From NCBI GenBank assembly GCA_965208325.1, contig OZ242326.1:3424001-3488000 (forward strand): 64,000 nt of DNA, written 5' to 3'. Shown here piece after piece: positions 48,631 to 59,538 of the stretch; position 1 is the first letter of the stretch; each line of letters opens with the position of its first letter. Source of the DNA: Candidatus Poribacteria bacterium. Its GTDB lineage: Bacteria > Poribacteria > WGA-4E > PCPOR2b. The notes beneath the pieces are model-generated. The model made no database searches. It was not told the origin of the DNA and saw nothing but the letters and a program-made list of their open reading frames with translations. Both the position numbers and the translations under genes were made by a program.

Positions 48631-49232
48631 ATCCGTTAAGTTGCAATATCCCTATTGTTAAAATTTACCGATGCAACCTGCGCCTACGCAACCCTTTTTT
48701 CAAATGACTTTAGGGACGGTTTCACCAATCCACCGAAATCTGGTTAGCGACCGAACAAGGAACGCTATAGTTTTCGTGTCGGTGAAGACTATCGCCTTCG
48801 CTATTCACTCAGTTGATCGGTGGGTTTCGCTTTACGATGATTTCTCTTAAACCATTTCACCTTTGAATCATCTCTGGCTATAAGGCAGCCCCTGCTGTAC
48901 ATGCTCTACCCAATCTACAAGAACTGAGATAAACTGTTCGATCAAGCGAACGAATAGCGACTGCGATAGTCTTTCAGTGTAGCACAGAAATCTCAGGCGG
49001 TAGTTTTTTCCGCCAGCCGCCGTTCCACCTACCGCGAATTTCCCTCTTTTTTTATAGACTGTAAAAACTGTAATTTTTCTCCTCCAACATCATAATTCAC
49101 CGCATCAAGTGGGGAGAATGTAGTTCGACGCCTGCATCATGTACCTCGACAGGTTTTACATTCTTGTGTTACAATTACGAGATACTTATGTGTCTTTCGA
49201 CATTTCACTTTATAAAACGGGAGGATTTGAGC

Positions 49233-49811
49233 ATGAAAGAGCGTTTCATAGTCTTGGGAAGAATAGTCTCAATGCTATCGCTGCTGGTTGGGGTTTCGGT
49301 TGTTTTGGTGAGTTGCGATGGGAAACAGAAGAAAGAGACCGCTTCGACGCCGCCGAAACAGGCGACGGCAACGATCAGTTCGGCGAGCGGCAGTGAGGTG
49401 ACCGGTACTGCGGTTTTTAACCAGAGCGGTGATTCAATCACCCTCACCGTTGAGATTCAGAACGCGGCGCCGGGGCTCCACGCCGTTCATATCCACGAGG
49501 TCGGGGATTGCAGCTCGCCCGACGGGAAGTCGGCAGGCGGGCATTGGAATCCCACGGAAGTCGCGCACGGAGAATGGGGAGTCGGAGAATTTCACCTCGG
49601 CGACATCGGCAACATGACGGTCGGCGAAGACGGCACCGGCAAAATCGAATTGACGACAGACAAGTGGGAGATGGGCACCGGATCCATCCGAGATATTGTC
49701 GGAAAGGGAATCATCGTCCATGCGGACGCCGACGACTTTACGTCGCAACCGTCAGGGGCAGCGGGTGCGCGAATCGGTTGCGGGGCGATTGCGTTGGCAG
49801 CGTCGCAGTGA
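49233..49811 (+). CDS. sodC: Cu/Zn superoxide dismutase, lipoprotein
   Basis: Lipobox LVSC; HAVHIHE, AGGHWNP, H.GDIGN, IIVHA..DD, GARIGCG. Confidence 0.93.
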   Translation: MKERFIVLGRIVSMLSLLVGVSVVLVSCDGKQKKETASTPPKQATATISSASGSEVTGTAVFNQSGDSITLTVEIQNAAPGLHAVHIHEVGDCSSPDGKSAGGHWNPTEVAHGEWGVGEFHLGDIGNMTVGEDGTGKIELTTDKWEMGTGSIRDIVGKGIIVHADADDFTSQPSGAAGARIGCGAIALAASQ

Positions 49812-49866
49812 TGTGCGAGTCATGTGAAGGCGGGGGCGTTCCGATATTGCTGGGTGAACGGACAGG

Positions 49867-50349
49867 TCAATTAGAGTTCTGCCAGCCCCATACCTCGCTT
49901 CCGATTTGAGAAATCAGGTCGGTGAGTTCCGTGTCACCCGATTTTTTGGCGAGTTCCATCGCAGCTTCGTAATCATCAAGGGAGGCGAGGTTATGGTGCG
50001 CATCACCTGTGCGTACGCTCCACTCGAACTTGGTTATCCCGCGATGGAGGTAGGCTAAAGCGTCATTTGGCTCAAGTTGAATAGCGGTGTCGTAGTCTAA
50101 TATAGCGGCGTCGTACTGTTTTAACGCCGCTTTCACGATGCCTCGGCTGACATAGGCATCCGAATTGTCGGGCTCTAGAAGGATGATGGTGTCGTACTCT
50201 TGCAACTTCGCCTTTGCATCACTCTCTTCTGGGGAGTCAGCTTGGCGTTCCACCTCGGCTTGGTAGATTCTTACACTTGCGGCAACGAGTCCGCAGACCA
50301 AGAAAACCACCGCAACACTCATCATCCACGATTTTATTTTATGCTTCAT
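49867..50349 (-). CDS. TPR-repeat protein with N-terminal TM
   Basis: 'AYVSRG.....L.QYDAAI.DYD.AIQLEP...AY..RG'. Confidence 0.85.
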   Translation of the reverse strand: MKHKIKSWMMSVAVVFLVCGLVAASVRIYQAEVERQADSPEESDAKAKLQEYDTIILLEPDNSDAYVSRGIVKAALKQYDAAILDYDTAIQLEPNDALAYLHRGITKFEWSVRTGDAHHNLASLDDYEAAMELAKKSGDTELTDLISQIGSEVWGWQNSN

Positions 50350-50892
50350 CTGTTCTCCTATTTTGAAAAAACCAAAATCCGTCGTCATCGGTCAACGCTA
50401 AGTCGGTAATTCTAACACAAAACGAGAGAAATTGAAAGAAAAATTTAATCCGGTATCAAAGACAATGCTGGTGCTGCTATTCAATCTTCAGTCCCCGCCT
50501 TACCTAAGGAAGGCGTCGGTTGGGTTAAATAATACGAATTAATTACAGAGAGGGTTACATTTCGATTTCGTAGGGTGTCGCGATTCAGAGACCGCTCCGA
50601 CGCGGCGTTGTAGACGATAGTCTTTAAGTCTTTACTTCCAGATTCAATCATAATACAGGTTCTACCATTCAATCATCATTCCCCTCCTTACTAAGGAGGG
50701 ATCAAGCGACTGGATAGGGAGCGCGATAGTTTTCCTAAATTTCAACCGACCGAATTGCGACGGCGATAGTCTTTCATTCCCCTCCTTGCCAAGGAGGAGG
50801 GAGGTCGTAGTATTTGTCGTGATTCGGAGATTACTCCTACCCAGCGTTCTAGCTGAAGAGAACTGCCAATAATCACCTCCAACAGAATAACC

Positions 50893-51993
50893 TTGTCCCC
50901 TGACCTTTCCGCAAAAATCCATCAAATTGCCGACCATCTCCGGGTTGATGCCGCCAACCTCCGGATAACTCCCGTTCGACACGGCAGGTTCAAACGCAAC
51001 AACGTCTGGCGGTTGAATACGCCTGAGACGGACTATATTCTCAAACAGCATCTCGTCACTCACCCGCTAGGGAAAACGGCTTTCTCCCCATATCAGATTG
51101 AATCTGCCGTGCTCCCGATTTTGCATCGAGCGGGTTGCCGCGTCCCTCAAGTTGTTTGGAAGTCTCGGGCCGCTTCGATGCTGCTGTTGGAAGCGTGCGG
51201 CGAAATCACGCTCGACGATTTCGCGCAAGTCTCGCCCGCCGAAATCCTCGTGCCGATTGCGCGGAACGCGGTTCGGGAATTCTGCCGTCTGGAATCGGCG
51301 TTTGCTGACCGCGCGGAGGTCATCCAACCTTACATCTATCCGTCAGATTCGCCCCTAGATGAAACACTTGACGGGATGTTGGACCGTGGCAGAAAGACCA
51401 TGGATTACCTAGCATGGTTGAACGGCGGAACGATGCGTCCGGATGAGCAAGCGATGGTCAACGAAATTTGGGAGGATATGTCGAACTATCTACACAATGC
51501 AGAGGCGAGGCTGGGAAGCTTGGATTACAACGCGCGGAACGTGGTGGTCGACGTTGACAGCGCGGCTTTCATCGATTTTGCGAGCGTCGGTTGGGACTGG
51601 GGCGAGCGTCGACTGGTTCAGACGTTCAATAGTCTCGGGGCGCACCGATCGGGCGGAAGGTTTGTCAGCGCCTTAAACCGGGAGGTTGTCGGCGAATACG
51701 CAAGCCGGTCAGCACACGGGAAATCGGACGAAGCTGAGATTCGAGTGGACTATCACAACATTCTCTTCTACCTCTCTGTCGTGTATCGGCTCTTGCAGGC
51801 GATCGCTCAACCGCAGCGTGAGGCGAGCATATCCCTGTTAAACGCGTGGGGCGATGCTAAGCCGAGGCTCCGGCAGGCGATAGACCTGCTTGCGGATTCC
51901 CCCCTGAGCGGCAACCCATACGCAGCACAGCTCCGGAACATTGTCGGCGAATGGCGATCGGCGGCTGCAAAGAGCGGCGATTGGCAGCTATGA
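50893..51993 (+). CDS. Aminoglycoside-phosphotransferase/kinase-like protein
   Basis: YILK, 'DYNARN', 'FIDF' motifs. Confidence 0.65.
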   Translation: MSPDLSAKIHQIADHLRVDAANLRITPVRHGRFKRNNVWRLNTPETDYILKQHLVTHPLGKTAFSPYQIESAVLPILHRAGCRVPQVVWKSRAASMLLLEACGEITLDDFAQVSPAEILVPIARNAVREFCRLESAFADRAEVIQPYIYPSDSPLDETLDGMLDRGRKTMDYLAWLNGGTMRPDEQAMVNEIWEDMSNYLHNAEARLGSLDYNARNVVVDVDSAAFIDFASVGWDWGERRLVQTFNSLGAHRSGGRFVSALNREVVGEYASRSAHGKSDEAEIRVDYHNILFYLSVVYRLLQAIAQPQREASISLLNAWGDAKPRLRQAIDLLADSPLSGNPYAAQLRNIVGEWRSAAAKSGDWQL

Positions 51994-52121
51994 AAGTAAC
52001 TGAAATGCAACAGACATGCTTCTAATTTCAAACGGCCAGCGTCCCGAAGCGCGTTTTCATCATTGCGGCTGGCATGACCGGATCGGGATTTGGCCTGCCG
52101 TTGCTCCTGACGCCGATCGGC

Positions 52122-52838
52122 TCACGCCTCGTCGCGGTGTGCCTCTGCCAGTGCGGCCATCGACTCGAATCTGAATTCGCAGTGCGGCATCGTTTCCGGC
52201 GGCATGGTGGCGCCGAACCCCACCTTCCCCGCCCTGCGGTAGACGTGACAGCTGGCGAGCCCCGCGCGGTTCGCCGGGGCGTGGTCGTGGAACATGCTCT
52301 CGGCGGTGTGCAGGATCCCCGATGGATTGATCCCGAGCGTTGAGAGCTGCTCTATCATGTAGCTGAAGTTCCTGTCGCTCGGTTTGTAGGATCCGATGTC
52401 CTCGGCCGTGAAGACCCCGTCAAAGACGACCCCGAGCTTTTCGTTGCTCCGTGCGAAGCTGCCGTTGTCCACATTGCTCAGCACGAAAAGGCGGTAGTGC
52501 TCCTTCAGATACCGCAGAGCTGGGGCGGAATCGAGAAACGCGGGCCACTGTCCCACCGATTCGCCGTACCGCACGCACTCCCGCCAATCGACCGTCAGCC
52601 GCCATTGCTCGGCCAGACGGCGATACACTACCGCCAGCAAATCGCAGTACCGCGCAGCCGGAGTGACGCGCTGCTGTGCTGATTCGTGGCGGGCATGCGC
52701 TTCGAGCACTTTGTCCCGACTCGGCTGGGTCTCGAGCCGAGTCGTCAGCGGGCGCAGCGCCTCAATAATGCCGGTCTCCCAGTCAATGAGCGTCCCGTAT
52801 ACATCGAAGGTAAGAGCTTGAAAGTCTCTGAGCCTCAA
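52122..52838 (-). CDS. Haloacid dehalogenase, type II (HAD)
   Basis: TFDVYGTLIDWE, LSNVD, YKPS, HTAES.FHD; TTG start. Confidence 0.9.
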   Translation of the reverse strand: MRLRDFQALTFDVYGTLIDWETGIIEALRPLTTRLETQPSRDKVLEAHARHESAQQRVTPAARYCDLLAVVYRRLAEQWRLTVDWRECVRYGESVGQWPAFLDSAPALRYLKEHYRLFVLSNVDNGSFARSNEKLGVVFDGVFTAEDIGSYKPSDRNFSYMIEQLSTLGINPSGILHTAESMFHDHAPANRAGLASCHVYRRAGKVGFGATMPPETMPHCEFRFESMAALAEAHRDEA

Positions 52839-52898
52839 CTGCCGATCCTTTCCTGAAAAGCGAACTCGGGCGGCGGTCAACCGCTGTGGCACACGATA

Positions 52899-53678
52899 TT
52901 AGCGGTCCCCCTGGCCACGTTCCGACTTCTGGCAAACATAGATAATCCCCGGATAGGGAACGACTGATTCGATTAGGATTTCATCACGGATATTTAGGTT
53001 GGCGCTGCGAATCAGTTGCCGCCACAACTCAGGTGGATGGTGGTTTGGACGAATTTGCGTCGTTACGCCATACACCCCAACGGTTCGCTTGATTCGCTCC
53101 TCGACGTTTACATAACGGTATTTCCACTTCGGTACCGTCGTGTTATCTTTAATTAACAGAATGCCGCGCGGTTTGAGCGAATCGGTGCAGGCGGCAAGAA
53201 TCTGTCCTTGGGTTTCATCGGTAAAATAGGAAAGAATATCAATTAAAAGTAGCGCATCCCCCGGCGGTACCGGTGTTTGCGCGACATCGCCGCACTGAAA
53301 AGTCACTTGCCCCAGATCGCGAGCCGCCTCTTTGGAGATTGAAACACGTATTGGGGACGCCTCAATGCCGAGAATCCTTGTCTTGCACCGCAATGCTGCC
53401 ATTAGGCTGATTAGCCCGTACCCGGATCCCAAATCCACTAACCGTTCTGCTGTGGCGGGAACATGCCGATCTATCGCTTTCAGGATGGGTTGTAGACATA
53501 TCAGACGCGCCCAAATCTTCACCCGTTCGCGGACAGCGGCATGGGTGTAGCGATTCATAAGCCAGCGTACATCAGGGAGCGCCATCGGCCCCTCTCCGAA
53601 CAGATACGATAACCTGTACAGCACCGGTGCGATTACGCTGTCAATTGCTGAACGCCGCTGACTCCGTTCTATCCCCAT
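52899..53678 (-). CDS. Class I SAM-dependent methyltransferase
   Basis: LVDLGSGYG motif I; 'LKPRG.LLI'. Confidence 0.85.
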   Translation of the reverse strand: MGIERSQRRSAIDSVIAPVLYRLSYLFGEGPMALPDVRWLMNRYTHAAVRERVKIWARLICLQPILKAIDRHVPATAERLVDLGSGYGLISLMAALRCKTRILGIEASPIRVSISKEAARDLGQVTFQCGDVAQTPVPPGDALLLIDILSYFTDETQGQILAACTDSLKPRGILLIKDNTTVPKWKYRYVNVEERIKRTVGVYGVTTQIRPNHHPPELWRQLIRSANLNIRDEILIESVVPYPGIIYVCQKSERGQGDR

Positions 53679-54460
53679 CGGGTCTCCGGCGGATCGAATA
53701 GAAACCCGTGGAATAGTTTGCGGCGCTCCTCAGACAGGCGGTTGTAGAAACTCTTTTTGTAACCCCAATGCTCCGGAGACGCCATCATCCAAGGAGGCTC
53801 GTAGGCGTAATACAGCATGATGCGCGCGCCGTCGCCCCGCGTCCATGGACCCGCGGAATGCCAAAGCGCGTTATGAAATAGGATGGCGCTTCCGGCTGGC
53901 GCACAGAGTTGTATCGCGCCCGGAAATAGGTCGTTTCGTTTAAGCGCCGCTGAATCCGGCTCATGCACGGCTTTGTGGCTGCCGGGAACAACACATAGGT
54001 TGCCGCGCCCCGACTCCGTCATGTCGGTCAGATAGTATCCGATTTTAAGCTGTAGCAGGGGGATTGGGGGACCCAGGTCGCGGTATCCATAGTCGCGGCC
54101 GTCTCTATGCCAGCCCATCCCGCGATCCCTTCCGCCGTACTCAACGATTGCGTCGGAGGCGTGATGGTGCGGACGTTCATGGAGCAGTTCCGTGACGTAC
54201 GTAAACATCGGCGGATAATCGAGCATGTCCAGAAACAGCGGGTCGTCGTCCAGAATATAGAAAATGCGTGTGTTGCCGCCTTGAACATCTGTACGCCCGG
54301 TGTGCGGGATGTCACGTTCCTGAAGCCCCCGCCTACGCGTAACCGCGGCGTGCAACGCTTCCAATAGGCGCGCGACAAGGTCCTTGCTCAGGAAACTTTC
54401 TAGAACAAGGTAACCGTTGTTGTCGAAGAAGAAGCGTTCTGATTGCGTGAGTTCGGTCAT
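53669..54460 (-). CDS. Phytanoyl-CoA dioxygenase (PhyH) family protein
   Basis: NGYLV, WHRD, VVPGSH, WHSA. Confidence 0.9.
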   Translation of the reverse strand: MTELTQSERFFFDNNGYLVLESFLSKDLVARLLEALHAAVTRRRGLQERDIPHTGRTDVQGGNTRIFYILDDDPLFLDMLDYPPMFTYVTELLHERPHHHASDAIVEYGGRDRGMGWHRDGRDYGYRDLGPPIPLLQLKIGYYLTDMTESGRGNLCVVPGSHKAVHEPDSAALKRNDLFPGAIQLCAPAGSAILFHNALWHSAGPWTRGDGARIMLYYAYEPPWMMASPEHWGYKKSFYNRLSEERRKLFHGFLFDPPETRWG

Positions 54461-54526
54461 GTTTGTCACGATTCGTCGGTGTGCAGTGTCATGTCGGTCA
54501 ACGGACACCAGAAAGTGGAAGTGATA

Positions 54527-54919
54527 CTAGTCTTTTTCCGTTGGCGCGATCGCCGATTCAAGATTACCGAGGAATTCTATCGTTTCGCCCGTTGAGGGCT
54601 TTGTGGACTGAAACTTCTGTTGGTACGCTTTCAGCGCGCGATAGAGACGGACGAGATTGGCACGCCGATCCGCGTTTGCGTCCCGAACACTCTCAAATTG
54701 AAAACGAACTTCCGCCTCCGAGACCCCATCCGGACGATGCTTCAGCAAATGCTCCTCGACCTTGTCCACCGCGCGCCCTGCCATCCAGTATCGTGCGCCT
54801 TCAACGCCGCCGAGCCGCATGTAGAGGAATATTCCTGCAGCTAGGATTAACATCCCAAAAATCAGCAAGAAACCCAGTACCCGCCGGTAGCAACCCTTCA
54901 GCTTATCCGTCCGCGCCAT
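54527..54919 (-). CDS. Hypothetical membrane-anchored protein
   Basis: N-terminal TM; operon-coupled. Confidence 0.7.
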   Translation of the reverse strand: MARTDKLKGCYRRVLGFLLIFGMLILAAGIFLYMRLGGVEGARYWMAGRAVDKVEEHLLKHRPDGVSEAEVRFQFESVRDANADRRANLVRLYRALKAYQQKFQSTKPSTGETIEFLGNLESAIAPTEKD

Positions 54920-54922
54920 GGG

Positions 54923-56038
54923 CTACAACTCCCCTCCCCGAATCGTTAAGTAGGGTTGCAGTTTCTGATTCCCGATAAGCACCGTACCGTGTGTGTCGCG
55001 AAACTCAAATTCGCCGGAGATGCAGTCAAAGACTGCGACATCGGCGACCGTTCCAATCTTAAGATGTCCGAGTTCAGCTTCGCGCCGAATGGCTTTTGCC
55101 GCAGCGATGGTCGATTTCGCAAGTACCTCATCAAGAGAAAGCCCAAGATGCAAAAATTTGGACAACGTCGTTGGCAAATCGTACACGGGTCCGTTGATGT
55201 TGCCTGTATGTAGGTCGGTGCTGATCACATCGGAGATAAATCCCTGTTCCATAGCGCGCTGCGCGACTTCGTAAGAGAAACTGCCCATGCCGTGCCCCAC
55301 ATCGAATATAACGCCGTCGTTTCGCGCCGACCATGCCTCGGGAATAACGCGCCCTTTGTCATCAATGATGCTATCGCCGCGTCCTTGAAAACAGTGCGTA
55401 ATCACATCTCCCGGACGCATCAGTTTTAACACATCCGGCAGCGGTACGCCAGCGCCGATGTGGCACATCACGGGGGTATTTGCAAGCTCCGCCGCCTCAA
55501 TCGCCAGCTTCAACGGCTCGACCCCGTTGCCGCCGACTTGCTCTGCCCCTTGACGCACCTTGACGCCGATTGTGATGTCCGGGTTTCGCATCAGCGTTTC
55601 GGCAACTTCGCCGGGATTCGCATATTCGAGTTCGTGCATCTCGCCGACCGGTCCGTAGACCAGACCGATACCGGAGATGTGGATGTAGGAGAGTACACGG
55701 GTTCGCGCGGGTTGCACGACATATTCTCGAAGGCCGGGAAACGTCACCCAGCTTGAACTGCCGGCATCAACGATTGTCGTAACGCCCGTTGTCGTACAAA
55801 CCGGATCGGCTTTGATTCCCCATGTCGTCACCCCTGCGTAGACATGGGCATGGATATCCACCAAGCCGGGTGTAACGAATTTTTCAGTGACGAAAACCGT
55901 CTGCTTCGCCCGATTTGCCGGGATATCGCGCTCAATCGCGGCGACTTTGCCTTTGGCGATTGCCACGTCTCGCTGATGGTGCAGTTGCTGAGCCGGATCA
56001 ATAACCGTTCCGCCTTTAAGCAGTATGTCGTATTTCAT
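54923..56038 (-). CDS. Amidohydrolase/deacetylase (dihydroorotase-like metallohydrolase)
   Basis: PGLVDIHAH, GVTTIVDAGS, DVGHG, ISTDLH. Confidence 0.9.
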   Translation of the reverse strand: MKYDILLKGGTVIDPAQQLHHQRDVAIAKGKVAAIERDIPANRAKQTVFVTEKFVTPGLVDIHAHVYAGVTTWGIKADPVCTTTGVTTIVDAGSSSWVTFPGLREYVVQPARTRVLSYIHISGIGLVYGPVGEMHELEYANPGEVAETLMRNPDITIGVKVRQGAEQVGGNGVEPLKLAIEAAELANTPVMCHIGAGVPLPDVLKLMRPGDVITHCFQGRGDSIIDDKGRVIPEAWSARNDGVIFDVGHGMGSFSYEVAQRAMEQGFISDVISTDLHTGNINGPVYDLPTTLSKFLHLGLSLDEVLAKSTIAAAKAIRREAELGHLKIGTVADVAVFDCISGEFEFRDTHGTVLIGNQKLQPYLTIRGGEL

Positions 56039-56060
56039 CTCGCTTGTCTCCCCCGCGCTT

Positions 56061-56741
56061 TCACACACCGCGCCGGTTCCCCCAAATATCCACGTGCACC
56101 CTCGGCGAATAGCGGTATCCGTATTCTTTGCACACCTCCACTAGCCATTCCTGTTTGGGTTGCAATTCTTCGGAGGTTGTACCCTGCGGCATTAGCACAA
56201 TGGTTTCCGGCGGGATGGAGATTTCCGTTTGCAGGGCGTTGATTTCTTCGAGATCTTCGGGCTGGTCGACGACAAATTTGACCTGGCAGTCGTATAGCTC
56301 GAGGAACTTGCGGATGACATCGGGGCAAATGCGTCCCCGTTCATGCCGCCGAAAGTATCGGTCGTCCGGACGCGGATTGGAGTTCCGCAGTTTTGGGCTC
56401 ATCGAAATCAGGTGAGCCGCCACAGGGGCAAAGACGGTTGCATTGGTTTCGATGGTGATATGGTGACCCTGCCGGTCGAGCGTTTGGCACAATTCCATTA
56501 ACGCCTTGGCTTGGATAAACGGCTCGCCCCCCGTGATAACAACATGCTTGCAACCGTACCGCGTGATTGCCGCTGCCGCTTCGGAGACGGATATTTCCTT
56601 GTTCTCCGGATTCCACGACGTATAGGGCGTATCGCACCAGATGCACCTCAAATTGCAGTAGCTCGTCCGGAAAAAAACCGACGGCGCTCCAATGAGTTTG
56701 CCCTCGCCTTGAATAGTATAGAAGAGTTCGCTGAACTTCAC
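56061..56741 (-). CDS. queE: 7-carboxy-7-deazaguanine synthase (radical SAM)
   Basis: FYTIQGEG, CNLRCIWCDT.Y, ITGGEP, IETN, SPK. Confidence 0.9.
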   Translation of the reverse strand: MKFSELFYTIQGEGKLIGAPSVFFRTSYCNLRCIWCDTPYTSWNPENKEISVSEAAAAITRYGCKHVVITGGEPFIQAKALMELCQTLDRQGHHITIETNATVFAPVAAHLISMSPKLRNSNPRPDDRYFRRHERGRICPDVIRKFLELYDCQVKFVVDQPEDLEEINALQTEISIPPETIVLMPQGTTSEELQPKQEWLVEVCKEYGYRYSPRVHVDIWGNRRGV

Positions 56742-56782
56742 GTCTTATCCCTGTTTCGATCAGAATTTTCACCCTGCAAAAC

Positions 56783-57166
56783 TTAGGAGCGCTGAAGAAG
56801 TTCGATTTGCACGCCGTCAGGCCCCTTGATGAACGCAATCGTGAAGGACGGGTTGACGACTATCGGATCGCCTTCAAACTCGGCGCCCCGAGCCGTCAGC
56901 TCTTCTACGGCCGCAGCCATGTCTTCAACGGCAAAAGCAACTTGGTAAACTCCCCACCGCAATTTTCCGCTGTTCGGTTCGACCTCTTCCCCTGCAAGTT
57001 TGGGAGAGAAGAATAGTCTCTGCCCGCCAACTTCAAGCTGAACGATCGGCCGCCCTTTGACTTCCACCCGCGCCAGAACCGTGCCGCCAAACACCTTAAC
57101 ATAATAGTCAACTGTCGATTCGAGGTCATTACAACGAAAGTGGACGTGATCGAATGTATACGCCAT
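56783..57166 (-). CDS. VOC/glyoxalase family protein
   Basis: FDHVHF...AFAVED...F.KGPDGVQIEL. Confidence 0.9.
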   Translation of the reverse strand: MAYTFDHVHFRCNDLESTVDYYVKVFGGTVLARVEVKGRPIVQLEVGGQRLFFSPKLAGEEVEPNSGKLRWGVYQVAFAVEDMAAAVEELTARGAEFEGDPIVVNPSFTIAFIKGPDGVQIELLQRS

Positions 57167-57345
57167 GGTGATTCTCCTTATGAATGACAAATGATGGGAA
57201 TGTTTCATCCGGTTTTGCCCGCACTAAACCAAACCCCGCGGGCTTCGGAAGAATACGACTATTATAGACCAGAAGCAGAGCGAATGTAAATGGAATTCGC
57301 CCCGCCAGATTGAAGCGAAATACCTTCACTCGGACTCATTTTTGC

Positions 57346-57374
57346 TTGACAAGACAGAAATTATCTGTTATCAT
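57346..57374 (+). promoter_or_regulatory. Sigma70 promoter upstream of the riboswitch
   Basis: TTGACA-N17-TATCAT with extended TG. Confidence 0.7.
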
Positions 57375-57424
57375 TGCGCTTGTACAGCAGCATGGCAGAA
57401 GCATTTTAAAACTGAATATTTATT

Positions 57425-57600
57425 CGATTCAGGTGCTAGCAATCGTTTGCGATTGTGGAGAATAGGGAAGCGCGGTGAGAATCCGCCACGGCCCCGCCAC
57501 TGTGAACGACGAGTAATCGTGTCCACGATGCCACTGTCCCAGCGTGTTGAGATGGGAAGGCGGACACGGGTTGTCGGTAGTCAGGAGACCTGCCTGAAGC
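57425..57600 (+). ncRNA. Cobalamin riboswitch
   Basis: AGGTG...AATAGGGAA..GGTGAGAATCC..CGGCCCCGCCACTGT...GCCACTG...GGGAAGG...AGTCAGGAGACCTGCC (B12 box). Confidence 0.93.
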
Positions 57601-57689
57601 GAGTTTCACACAGAGTTTTCGCGGGAAGGCTGTGAACCAGAGACTTTGCTCCTTTTGCCGAAGCGGCGGCGTAGGAATAACGAACTGCA

Positions 57690-57722
57690 CCCCAGTTTTC
57701 TAAATGAAAACTGGGGTTTTTT
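57690..57722 (+). terminator. Intrinsic terminator (likely the riboswitch expression platform)
   Basis: CCCCAGTTTTC-taaat-GAAAACTGGGG-TTTTTT. Confidence 0.8.
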
Positions 57723-57811
57723 GTTTCTGGAGTCCGAAAAAGGCTGTTTCCGTTAGCAGTCCTTCCACACCTCAAACGGTATTTTCCACATACGAAAGGA
57801 CAGTCAAACCC

Positions 57812-59521
57812 ATGAAGAATAGACTCCAATATGCGTTAATATTCGCCGCCACGGCGTTGATGCTTGTTGCGTTTTCGGCTTCCGCCGCAAATGAGGTTCA
57901 AAATCTGGCGGTTGTTGTTAATGACTGGGCAGATCAAGAACGCGGCATTTCCACCTCCTTATCTATTGTTGACCTCGACGAGCCGGATGTTGAACGAGCT
58001 GTCGAAAATGAGATTATTCCGCTCGGATCGGTTCCAAGCGACATTGAGATTCGAGGCGATTTGGGGTATGTCGTCAACACATTCAGCGATAACGTACAAA
58101 TTGTAAATTTGAGACATAGGGTCAGCCTTGGAACAATCCCAATCGGAGATGGCACTTGGCCTCAAAAAATCGCATTCGCCAGCGATTCCAAAGCGTATGT
58201 CACTTGTAGTGGGACAAATGACATTAGGGTGGTGGATGTAAAGGGGCGGAGCGTAATTAACACCATCCCCGGCGGCTTGAAACCAGCGGGGATAACGATA
58301 ATCAATGACAAGGTTTATGTCGCAAACTCGGCGTGGGAATGGGATGGACAGGTCACCTACAAGGATAGTAGCGTTACAGTGATTGATATATGGACGGATA
58401 CTGTCATAAAGTCGATTGATGTCCCAACGAACGCTACAGGCATTACAAACGATGGTGCGTCTAAAGTCCTCGTAATCTCGACAGGCGATTACGCGACTAT
58501 CTTGGGAAATCTTGTTATTATTGATGCAAACCGCGATGAAGTTGAGAAGATCGTTAATCTTAGATCAACCCCATCCCACTCGATCGTCATTAACAGTATG
58601 AATCACGCCTTTTTCACGGGCGGGGACGGTTGGTTCACAAACTTAGGTCTTATGATTTACGACCTTGAGAGAGAAAAGTGGATACGCGATCGAAACGATG
58701 CGCTTGCGGATTTCAAAGAAGGTTCTGGGTTAGCCGTCGATTCAAATGACTACATTTATGTAGCAATTCCAGATAGGACCGGTGCAGGGCTAAGTGAGTT
58801 GCGCGTCATGGCGCCGGATGAGACCCTTGATAGCGTCTATCGTGTCGGCCATGGCGCTTCTATCGTTGCAATCGCACAGATTCAACCGCTTGAACCGCCG
58901 GCGGTTGATGTAAACAGCGACGGCGTCGTGGATGTGGCCGATTTAGTACTCGTTGCCGGCAATTTCGGCCAGACAGGAGCTGCAGGCGATGTCAATGCGG
59001 ATGGTGTCATCGACATATTAGATTTGGTGCTCGTCGCCAAGCGTTTCGGAGAGGACGTTGCCGCCGCGCCGATGAATCGGCAATTGCCGTCCGTCAACGC
59101 CGCGGTCGATGCCGCACACATCCAACGCGCGATTTCCGAGTTAGAATCGTATCCGGATCAGTCCCCCATCATCCGGTTTATTGCCGACTATTTACGGGCG
59201 TATCTTACATCGGCGTCTCCAACTGTGTTAGAAACAGAGTTGCTCGCAAACTTCCCGAATCCGTTCAACCCGGAGACCTGGATGCCCTATCACCTCGCCC
59301 ACGCCGCTGATGTTACGCTCACCATCTATAATACAAAAGGCGCAGTAGTGCGGGAATTAAATGTCGGGCATCAGCCTGCAGGACTATACGCCGATACAGC
59401 AAAGGCTGCGTATTGGGACGGAAAGTCGGAGACGGGCGAACTCGTCTCAAGCGGCGTCTATTTCTATCAACTTCGCGCGGGAGATTATTCCCAAGTGCGG
59501 CGCATGGCAATCCTCAAATAG
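57812..59521 (+). CDS. Secreted YncE/BtuG-like beta-propeller + dockerin-like + FlgD/T9SS-A-like C-terminal domain
   Basis: Signal peptide, YVVN/YVAN repeats, DVNSDGVVDVADL and DVNADGVIDILDL, NFPNPFNPETW. Confidence 0.85.
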   Translation: MKNRLQYALIFAATALMLVAFSASAANEVQNLAVVVNDWADQERGISTSLSIVDLDEPDVERAVENEIIPLGSVPSDIEIRGDLGYVVNTFSDNVQIVNLRHRVSLGTIPIGDGTWPQKIAFASDSKAYVTCSGTNDIRVVDVKGRSVINTIPGGLKPAGITIINDKVYVANSAWEWDGQVTYKDSSVTVIDIWTDTVIKSIDVPTNATGITNDGASKVLVISTGDYATILGNLVIIDANRDEVEKIVNLRSTPSHSIVINSMNHAFFTGGDGWFTNLGLMIYDLEREKWIRDRNDALADFKEGSGLAVDSNDYIYVAIPDRTGAGLSELRVMAPDETLDSVYRVGHGASIVAIAQIQPLEPPAVDVNSDGVVDVADLVLVAGNFGQTGAAGDVNADGVIDILDLVLVAKRFGEDVAAAPMNRQLPSVNAAVDAAHIQRAISELESYPDQSPIIRFIADYLRAYLTSASPTVLETELLANFPNPFNPETWMPYHLAHAADVTLTIYNTKGAVVRELNVGHQPAGLYADTAKAAYWDGKSETGELVSSGVYFYQLRAGDYSQVRRMAILK

Positions 59522-59538
59522 GTGCGTAAACAGCCAGA

